Shown in pieces: positions 56,733 through 64,000 of a stretch of 64,000 bases of DNA. Source of the stretch: Candidatus Omnitrophota bacterium (GTDB taxonomy: Bacteria; Omnitrophota; Gorgyraeia; Zapsychrales; Zapsychraceae); the NCBI GenBank assembly GCA_028280285.1, contig JANQMA010000014.1:907-64906 (forward strand), read 5' to 3'. Position numbers and translations under genes: made by a program. Positions within the stretch are counted from its first letter, which is position 1, and every line of letters begins with the position of its first letter. The notes under the pieces are model-generated. The model saw only the letters and a program-made list of their open reading frames with translations. It ran no database searches and had not been told where the DNA came from.

Positions 56733-57845
56733 ATGCTCACAACACAATTCGAAATAATGTTGCTCGCATCACTCACGGCCGTCACATGCGCCTTGCCGGG
56801 GGTATTCCTCATTTTACGTCGGGTCGCCCTGATGAGTGATGCCATCAGTCACGCAATACTGCTCGGTATTGTTCTGGCTTTCTTTATAACAAAAAATCTT
56901 TCATCCCCATTATTGATTGTTGGGGCAACGCTTGTCGGAATACTCACTGTAAGTCTTACCGAGCTTATCATCCGCACGCACAAGCTCAAAAAAGATGCGG
57001 CGATCGGTTTGGTATTTCCGCTGCTTTTTTCCATCGGTGTAGTATTAATTAATAAATACACAGGCGATGTGCATATCGATGCCGACTGTGTGTTATTTGG
57101 TGAACTGGCCTTTGCACCGTTTAACCGATTATATATAAACGATATTGATTTGGGTCCGCAGGGGATTTGGGTTATATCGGCCGCTTTAATGCTTAACATC
57201 ACGTTTATCTTTTTCTTTTATAAAGAACTGAAATTATCCACCTTTGATGCCGGTCTTGCCGCAGCCTTAGGGTTCTTTCCGGGATTAATCCATTACGCGC
57301 TTATGACACTTGTCAGTATCACAGCCGTTTCCGCCTTTGAAAGCGTAGGTTCAATCCTTGTTGTTGCGCTTATGATTGCGCCACCGGCCGGCGCTTATCT
57401 TTTAACGAACAGACTCTCGCATATGATCTTTATTAGTGCAGGCATAGGCATTATTTCGGCCATCGGCGGCTACGGCATGGCCTACGCCTTTAATGCCAAC
57501 ATTGCCGGCTCCATGGCAACCATCAGCGGCGTGATCTTTATTCTGATTTTGTTTTTCGCCCCGGAAAGAGGAATCCTGGCCAATATGGTTGTGCGCAAAT
57601 GGCATAAGTGGGACTTTGCCGCTTCAACACTGACCGTACATCTCCTTCAGGCCGAGATAGAGGATGCGGATTATACCGAGCATATTGTCAGCCACATGAT
57701 CCGCCACATGAAATGGACACCGGAATACACCTCAGAAGTTATTGCCCAGTGCATTCAGGAAGAATTTATTGAAAAGCACGGCAGCAAGCTTGTCCTCACA
57801 CCCTATGGACGCGAAAAAGCCAATCTTTCTTTGGTTAAAAATTGA
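56733..57845 (+). CDS. Second ABC-3 metal permease, also with a C-terminal DtxR-like winged-helix extension
   Basis: Permease core plus an ~90-aa tail (about 57570-57845) whose ...SEVIAQCIQEEFIEKHGSKLVLTPYGREKA segment again matches the DtxR helix-turn-helix and wing. Confidence 0.55.
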   Translation: MLTTQFEIMLLASLTAVTCALPGVFLILRRVALMSDAISHAILLGIVLAFFITKNLSSPLLIVGATLVGILTVSLTELIIRTHKLKKDAAIGLVFPLLFSIGVVLINKYTGDVHIDADCVLFGELAFAPFNRLYINDIDLGPQGIWVISAALMLNITFIFFFYKELKLSTFDAGLAAALGFFPGLIHYALMTLVSITAVSAFESVGSILVVALMIAPPAGAYLLTNRLSHMIFISAGIGIISAIGGYGMAYAFNANIAGSMATISGVIFILILFFAPERGILANMVVRKWHKWDFAASTLTVHLLQAEIEDADYTEHIVSHMIRHMKWTPEYTSEVIAQCIQEEFIEKHGSKLVLTPYGREKANLSLVKN

Positions 57846-58011
57846 TACTCCCGCTGTGAGCTATGCAAGCTCTCAACGGGTACCTAAGTGTCCCAGGATA
57901 AACTAGGACATACCAGGACAGCCCAGCATGTCCCATTGAAAGCGCTTTCTTTTATGTTATCCTTTTAAAACAAATATTTTAAGAATATTAATCAAACTAA
58001 GGGGATATATT

Positions 58012-61000
58012 ATGGTTTGGACATTTAAACGCACTACGCAACGATTAACACATCGTATTTTTTCAATTGTTATTGCCGTTGCATTTTTTTCAAGCTCTGT
58101 TTTACCTCAGGGCGCTCAAGCACAAGTGATTCCAACGCCAGCGCCAATGCCGGCGATTGGTAGCATGGTGCCTGTCAGTCCAGGGTACACACCGGCCATT
58201 ATTCGCGGATTAACCCTTTTTCCAGAGAATCCCCTACAATTTTCATTTTACATCGATTTAGGTGACAGTGGCTTAACGGCTGAAGAGCCAGCCCTTAAAG
58301 AAACATCTCAGCGTTTAATCAACTATTTCATGGCCGGATTAACAATCCCAAAAGAAGAATTCTGGGTGAACTTATCGCCGTATGAACAAAATCGTATTAT
58401 CCCTGATTCGCTGGGTCAAACAGCGATGGGACGCGATATGCTGGCCCAAGATTACCTACTCAAACAATTAACATCCTCACTCATGTACCCGGAAGATGAG
58501 CTGGGAAGCAAATTCTGGACACGCGTCAAAGAACGGGCCATGGAGCTGTATGGCACAGATGACATCCCGACCAATGTATTGAACAAAGTGTGGATTGCGC
58601 CAGAAAGTGCGGAAATTTACATTCACAACCAAGAAGTGTTTTTAACTAATAGTCGCTTAAAGGTAATGTTAGAAAAAGATTTATTTGCACAACGTCAAGC
58701 AGTGGGGGCGGATGTCACCCATATGGAGACATCTGGCACATTGGTGAGCTCTGATGAAGTGGCAGATGTTGTCCGTGAGGTAATATTACCAGAGATCGAA
58801 TATGAAGTAAATCATGGTCAAAATTTTGCGGTATTACGTCAGATTTTTAATTCGGTCATTTTGGCCTCATGGTACAAAGACAATTTAAAAGAGACCTTAT
58901 TAGGAAAGGTGTACGCTGATCAAAATAAGGTCACAGGCATCGATGACAATGACCAGGCAACGAATCAAGCGATTTATAAACAGTATGTTGAGGCATTTAA
59001 AGCAGGAGCCTATGACTATATTAAGGAAGAGTACAATCCAGCAACACAAGCTATGACAGCAAAAAAATATTTCTCTGGTGGGGTAGGAAATTTAGAAGAT
59101 TTAGCGATACTTATTAATGGAGAAGTGCATACACCGAATACAGATACCGAGACATTTTATCGTAGAGTCAGTGGATTTTCACCTCAAGTTGTCCGCGTTG
59201 GTGGAGAGAATGTTGAGGCGACAAAAGAAACGATTGAAGACTTACAAGCATATTTAGATGAACAAAGTACAAAAATTAAATCTGTGGAAAATAAGACTGC
59301 AGCGATGGATGCGCACGATGACGATGCGGCAGTTGTTATGGATGTATTAGCGGACAAAGATGCAGCGAGTTTGACGATACAACAATTAATAGATGTATTA
59401 CCACGAAAAGTGTTTAAGAAAAAGTTTAGAGATAGCTTGCTTCAAAAAATACCGTCACAAGAAGAAGTAGATACTATGTCTAAAGAAGATCTTCAGGCTA
59501 TCGAAAAGGATATCATTAATGCTATTGAACAGAGATTACGTGAGTATTTATGGGTGTCTACAAAAAGCATTCAAGATGATATGGGAATGTCTAATCAAAA
59601 ACGGGAAAGTTTTTGGTATGGAAGGGATGATTATATTTCCGTTAAGAATGAAGAGATCCAAGGCTTATTTTTACAGGTTTCTAGCAATTTGAGCAGGTTT
59701 GTAAGGGGGAAAGAGCTCGAGCTTCGTAGTCCTTTTGATAAATATGGGGATCGCCATCATTCCTTCAAACGCTTAGATTATGAAGTTATGAATAATGCAG
59801 CCCAGGCGATTGTAGAATGGGTGACGGAACAAAAATCTAATGTTGCTAGATTTTTAGAAAAACAAGAGGAAGAGGTGCGACAACAAGAGACCGCATTACG
59901 TGCAAGGTTGGGGGGGCAACACAGCCAAAAAGGTAAGACTATTCAAGATTTAATAAATACATTACCACGAAAAGTGCTTAATAAAAGTTTTAGAGATGGC
60001 TTACTTCAAAGAATACCATCAGCAGGAAAAGTAGATACTATGTCCGCAAAAGATCTTCTGGAAATTGAAAAAGGTATTATTGATGATATTGGGCAGAAGT
60101 TAAACGGTTATTTGTGGTCGTCTGCAGATAGCATGCAAAATGACATGGGAAGGTCAAATCAAAAACCGGAAAGTTTTTGGTATGGAAGAAGTGCAAGGGA
60201 TATTAGCGTTAAGTATAAAGATGGTGAATATATTTATTTGAGACTCTATGAGTATTTTCAAAAAGGCAAATTTCAGTTTCATGATGGGCACTATACTTAT
60301 TATTCCTTTAGTGGTTTAAGTTATGAAGTTATGAATAATGCGGCTCAGGCGATTGTAGAATGGGTAGTCCGACAAAATGACAATATTGCTAGGTCTTTAG
60401 AAAAACAAGAAGAAGTTGCGGGTCAACAAGAAGCGGCATTACGTGTAAGATTAGGTACGGAAAGCGATACAGCGGCGATTGAGGAGGTAAAGGAACTACA
60501 AAATAAGGAAGAAGCGAAAGATTCTGCCGTACTAGAAGATAAGGATATGGCGGCGCTTCTGTCGAACGAAAAATCACCGGATAATGATAGTGCAGCTTTT
60601 GGCAACCCTTTAATTCCTATGATACCCGAAATCGAAGATGTTGGAAGGCTTCCTGCTTATATCTTTTCGCGAAAACAAATTGAACTAATGACAGAACATT
60701 TACTAAGTACCATGGATGCAAATTCTGAAGCGACAGTAAAAATCAAAAAAACTATTGCCAGAATAATTGTAGCAGAAGCTCAAAAATACAGTGAGCGCCC
60801 TTTCTCTGGGTATTATGCGTCTTGGTACGCGTTTCGGATGGAAAAGGATAATGGAATTACACCAGCCGTTTATTTTGCAAAAGAGGTTATGGAGAATTTA
60901 ATTGCAAAAGGCTTTGAACATGATGATCTTATCAATTTTCATACAAGCTATTTACAAAAAAATATTTTTAAAACACACCGGAAAAAGATTATCGAAATTC

Positions 61001-62247
61001 AGAAAATAGAAAATTTTGAAGAAAAAAATATTTTACTGGAACAAGAATATAGGCGTTTTCAAAATATATTGATAGATATTTTTCTAAAAAATTTTAGTAG
61101 AAGGGTACAGGTACACTACGTTGACAGCCCAGAGTTTAGCAAAAAATTTAAGATTAATTTGTTCCCCAAAAAAAATGAAATACGTATTTTATATCCATAC
61201 AAACATACTGACCAAAAAGAGTACCTAATTTCAACAAATCCACCCGTTATCCATTTTCATGCTCATCTTGACTCATATAGAGTTTCATCTGAGATTGATA
61301 GATTACGGGCTAATATTTATTTTGCTCTTTTACCCGCTCTAATGGCTTTAGAAAAAAGTCAGGATAAGTCTAGAGCAAAATATACAAAAGAATACTATCA
61401 CACAAGTTTTTTTGAAAAAACTGTACTAGAAGATATACCAGAAAGCGCTGGGCTCAAAACAAACGATAAAGAAATACTCACATCTAAAATTGAACAAATA
61501 GAAGACTTGCTTGATGATTTTTTTCCGCTTCCAGATAGATTAAAAGAAATCCTAAGAATAATTAAACTTGAAGGCAACTTACAAAGCATGAAATCCAAGA
61601 TGGAAAAATTAAATTTAAAAGTGATCGATGCTTTAGTCGAACAATTGAACCAAAAAGGACTGATGGATACACTTGACATCCATTTGCCAAATAATCCTAG
61701 TTACTATTTACGCATTTCTCCATTAAAAAAAGGAGATAAAAATGTAATTACATTAAAAGGTTATGCTCCAGATTTTGGTGAATTTGCCGTAAACCAAATT
61801 ACAGTACAACAAATGTTGGAAATAATACCTATTATTAAAAAAGAACTGACAAGTTATAAAGATTTCAATGATAAACAACAAAAATTATTTAAATATTTTA
61901 CTTCTTGGAACGTTTTTCAGACTTTATTAGATAATGCCGCTCTTGAAAAAGATACAGAAGCCAAGAACGATTCAGCCGTTGGTGGTATCGATCTTAACCC
62001 TGATTTATTGGATCTGCAGATCAAGCGCGATGATAATGGCATTCCGTTGCCACTTAATCAGCAGCCGCTTGAACATATGAATATTGATGGGTTTGTCCCG
62101 GTCATCATTAATATTGTCCCAGTCCCGAATTTGCCATTGTTTTTAGGATTAATGGATAGCAATGATAATCCTATCCAAGACACGGAACCTTATCAATCGG
62201 CAGAAGTGTTCGGGCGTGAGGAATTCAGTTATTTACGTGAGCATTAA
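58012..62247 (+). CDS. Giant secreted protein (1411 aa), paralog of the 23996 ORF: signal peptide, conserved N-terminal domain, internal ~180-aa tandem repeat, conserved C-terminal module
   Basis: Signal peptide ...PQGAQA|QV; N-terminal domain homologous to that of the 23996 ORF (WVNLSPYEQNRIIP...GQTAMGRDMLAQDYLLKQ); C-terminus GGIDLNP ... IDGFVPVIINIVPVPNLPLFLGL plus a D/E-rich tail. Confidence 0.7.
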   Translation: MVWTFKRTTQRLTHRIFSIVIAVAFFSSSVLPQGAQAQVIPTPAPMPAIGSMVPVSPGYTPAIIRGLTLFPENPLQFSFYIDLGDSGLTAEEPALKETSQRLINYFMAGLTIPKEEFWVNLSPYEQNRIIPDSLGQTAMGRDMLAQDYLLKQLTSSLMYPEDELGSKFWTRVKERAMELYGTDDIPTNVLNKVWIAPESAEIYIHNQEVFLTNSRLKVMLEKDLFAQRQAVGADVTHMETSGTLVSSDEVADVVREVILPEIEYEVNHGQNFAVLRQIFNSVILASWYKDNLKETLLGKVYADQNKVTGIDDNDQATNQAIYKQYVEAFKAGAYDYIKEEYNPATQAMTAKKYFSGGVGNLEDLAILINGEVHTPNTDTETFYRRVSGFSPQVVRVGGENVEATKETIEDLQAYLDEQSTKIKSVENKTAAMDAHDDDAAVVMDVLADKDAASLTIQQLIDVLPRKVFKKKFRDSLLQKIPSQEEVDTMSKEDLQAIEKDIINAIEQRLREYLWVSTKSIQDDMGMSNQKRESFWYGRDDYISVKNEEIQGLFLQVSSNLSRFVRGKELELRSPFDKYGDRHHSFKRLDYEVMNNAAQAIVEWVTEQKSNVARFLEKQEEEVRQQETALRARLGGQHSQKGKTIQDLINTLPRKVLNKSFRDGLLQRIPSAGKVDTMSAKDLLEIEKGIIDDIGQKLNGYLWSSADSMQNDMGRSNQKPESFWYGRSARDISVKYKDGEYIYLRLYEYFQKGKFQFHDGHYTYYSFSGLSYEVMNNAAQAIVEWVVRQNDNIARSLEKQEEVAGQQEAALRVRLGTESDTAAIEEVKELQNKEEAKDSAVLEDKDMAALLSNEKSPDNDSAAFGNPLIPMIPEIEDVGRLPAYIFSRKQIELMTEHLLSTMDANSEATVKIKKTIARIIVAEAQKYSERPFSGYYASWYAFRMEKDNGITPAVYFAKEVMENLIAKGFEHDDLINFHTSYLQKNIFKTHRKKIIEIQKIENFEEKNILLEQEYRRFQNILIDIFLKNFSRRVQVHYVDSPEFSKKFKINLFPKKNEIRILYPYKHTDQKEYLISTNPPVIHFHAHLDSYRVSSEIDRLRANIYFALLPALMALEKSQDKSRAKYTKEYYHTSFFEKTVLEDIPESAGLKTNDKEILTSKIEQIEDLLDDFFPLPDRLKEILRIIKLEGNLQSMKSKMEKLNLKVIDALVEQLNQKGLMDTLDIHLPNNPSYYLRISPLKKGDKNVITLKGYAPDFGEFAVNQITVQQMLEIIPIIKKELTSYKDFNDKQQKLFKYFTSWNVFQTLLDNAALEKDTEAKNDSAVGGIDLNPDLLDLQIKRDDNGIPLPLNQQPLEHMNIDGFVPVIINIVPVPNLPLFLGLMDSNDNPIQDTEPYQSAEVFGREEFSYLREH
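59380..60456 (+). repeat. Two diverged (about 50% aa identity) tandem repeat units of roughly 530 bp inside the 1411-aa gene
   Basis: Unit 1 about 59380-59912 (QQLIDVLPRKVFKKKFRDSLLQKIP ... YEVMNNAAQAIVEWVTEQKSNVARFLEKQEEEVRQQETALRARLG); unit 2 about 59938-60456 (QDLINTLPRKVLNKSFRDGLLQRIP ... YEVMNNAAQAIVEWVVRQNDNIARSLEKQEEVAGQQEAALRVRLG). Confidence 0.75.
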
Positions 62248-63991
62248 TTTGATTTAAATAATCCCGGGTTTTAGGAAAGTTGGGGTCAATGGCCAGGGCT
62301 CTTTCAAAATAACGCCGGGCTTCGTTGTATTTTTTTTCAGCCGCTAAAAATAGACCAAATTGATTATATAAATAGGCACTCTGTGTTTGAGCTGCAATAC
62401 TTTCAGCCTGGGCAATGCTTCCAGAGCGGAAATAGGCAATTGCCAGATTATTATGCGTATCGATCGCCTTGGGATTAATGGCAAGAGCTCTTGTAAAATA
62501 CTCAATACCTTTTTTATATTTTCCTTCACGCACATAAACGATTCCCAAATTATTGAGCGTACGAAAATCATTAGCATTAAGAGCGAGGGACTTTTCATAA
62601 TATTGGACCGCTTCATCATGCTTTCCATTTTGTTCTAAAATCCGTCCAATATTATTATACGGTTTATCCCGGTCAGGACGAATGCGGATGGCTTCTTTAA
62701 GATGATACAAGGCCTTTTCTTCGTCGTCAGCTTCTTTGGCATAAAAGACCCCGAGGACATTGTGCGCCGAATAATTTTCATTACTGTATTCAAGCGCGCG
62801 CAGCATGAGTGTTTCATCATTTTTCCACACACTAATTTGATTAAATGACTGGATCGTAAAAAATATGACGAATAGAACAATGATGGAGGCAATCGCATCT
62901 TTGTTTTTGATATAACTTTTAAGCATATAAACAAATATAATTAAAATGCCAATCATCGGAAAATAGACAAACCTGTCGGCCACCCATGTCAGCCCGATAA
63001 TGGGAAGTGTTGTTACCAAAAACCATCCCCATCCGAGGAGGATCATCCATGTTTTTTTGCGCATTAAAAAGGAAATAACCGTAATGAAAACAACTCCGGC
63101 CAATGAAAACAAAAATGTGGAAAGCGCAATTTTCGGTTCCGGAATAGGCCCATACAACGATAGATCAAGCGGCATTAATATTTTCTGAATATAAAATAGA
63201 TACGCAACAATACCTTTAACAACCGGATGATTGATGTCGTATTCAAAGGCCTGAGGTTGGCCGAGAAACGGAATAGGGAGGTATAAGGCAACCATCAAAA
63301 AAAGCGGCCATTTATCAAGACCGCTCATCCAGATTTCTTTAATACTAATTGTTTTTTGATTCTCTAAACGCTCGTACAAGTCCAATAAAATAAGCACAAC
63401 CGGCAGTGTGATTACCATTGGTTTGGCCATGAGGCTTAGCGCAAAACTCAAAGCAAAAATAATAGTACGTACAAAGTTATTCGATTCTTTTCTCCAATAA
63501 TAGATGTGTATTGTAATCAGTCCAAAAAATATGCTTAAAACGTCTTTACGGGCCGTGATCCAGCCAATAATTTCCGCATGGAGCGGATGGAGGGCAAACA
63601 AAGAAGTTATCCACAGGCTTGCTGTATTAGAACTGGTTAAACGCCGCAAAAAGAAATAAAGGAGCCAAACATTAGCGATATGAAACAATAAATTCACCAC
63701 ATGATGCGCCCCGGCATTAAACTTAAAAAGACTTATATCAATCATCCGTGATATAAACGTTACCGGTTGCCAATAATCGGCAAACTCGGACGGTTTTGTC
63801 AAATCGGCCTGAAAGGCCCAGATAATTCCTTCAAGCGTCAAACCATCCCGGATGTAGGGATTGTCCCAAACAAAGGCATGATCATCCATGCCAAGGAATT
63901 GATTGTGATAGGTCTTACCAAAGGCCACACCAACAAGGCAAGAGAGAAGTAGAAGGAAGATTAGTTCGTTTTTACCACAAAATTTACGCAT
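62225..63991 (-). CDS. TMTC / PMT-2-like membrane glycosyltransferase with C-terminal TPR repeats
   Basis: N-terminal ~10-TM domain similar to dolichyl-phosphate-mannose protein mannosyltransferase / ArnT-like GT-C enzymes (DUF1736-like region), followed by about 7 TPR repeats (AYFRSG, ALAIDPNF, etc.). Convergent with, and overlapping, the 3' end of the giant gene. Confidence 0.65.
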   Translation of the reverse strand: MRKFCGKNELIFLLLLSCLVGVAFGKTYHNQFLGMDDHAFVWDNPYIRDGLTLEGIIWAFQADLTKPSEFADYWQPVTFISRMIDISLFKFNAGAHHVVNLLFHIANVWLLYFFLRRLTSSNTASLWITSLFALHPLHAEIIGWITARKDVLSIFFGLITIHIYYWRKESNNFVRTIIFALSFALSLMAKPMVITLPVVLILLDLYERLENQKTISIKEIWMSGLDKWPLFLMVALYLPIPFLGQPQAFEYDINHPVVKGIVAYLFYIQKILMPLDLSLYGPIPEPKIALSTFLFSLAGVVFITVISFLMRKKTWMILLGWGWFLVTTLPIIGLTWVADRFVYFPMIGILIIFVYMLKSYIKNKDAIASIIVLFVIFFTIQSFNQISVWKNDETLMLRALEYSNENYSAHNVLGVFYAKEADDEEKALYHLKEAIRIRPDRDKPYNNIGRILEQNGKHDEAVQYYEKSLALNANDFRTLNNLGIVYVREGKYKKGIEYFTRALAINPKAIDTHNNLAIAYFRSGSIAQAESIAAQTQSAYLYNQFGLFLAAEKKYNEARRYFERALAIDPNFPKTRDYLNQINAHVNN

Positions 63992-64000
63992 AATTACTCT

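Overview
This is an AT-rich (roughly 38-40% GC) bacterial chromosomal window with tightly packed genes, many with overlapping stop/start codons. The content is: (1) three large proteins (872, about 2336 and 1411 aa) that share a roughly 85-aa C-terminal module; an orphan 3' fragment of that module sits between two paralogous DUF4143/COG1373 AAA+ ATPase genes. (2) A respiratory gene cluster: a HEAT-repeat protein, a Tat-signal Rieske protein, cytochrome b split into b6-like and subunit-IV-like halves, an 8-heme membrane cytochrome c, a cupredoxin-fusion protein, and a caa3-type oxidase (CoxI/III/IV/II) with CtaA, CtaB, SCO1 and DUF420. (3) A minus-strand operon: B12-binding radical-SAM enzyme, 7Fe ferredoxin, then four small membrane proteins. 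(4) Core metabolism: acnA, an aldolase/SDR fusion, leuC, leuD, ilvD, aroC, plus redox and housekeeping genes. (5) A zinc island that reads as one operon: zur-znuA-znuC-znuB, an oxidoreductase, a COG0523 GTPase, cysS and hisI. (6) A second metal locus: a His-rich outer-membrane protein, a Fur-family regulator, and a TroA-like ABC importer in which both permeases carry C-terminal DtxR-like winged-helix domains. (7) A TMTC-like TPR membrane glycosyltransferase. Almost every intergenic gap carries an imperfect inverted repeat whose arms are tandem heptamers. No rRNA, tRNA, CRISPR array or transposase was found. The respiratory gene order and the chlamydial YtgC-YtgR-like permease-repressor fusion point tentatively to the PVC superphylum (Chlamydiae-like); I did not verify this.
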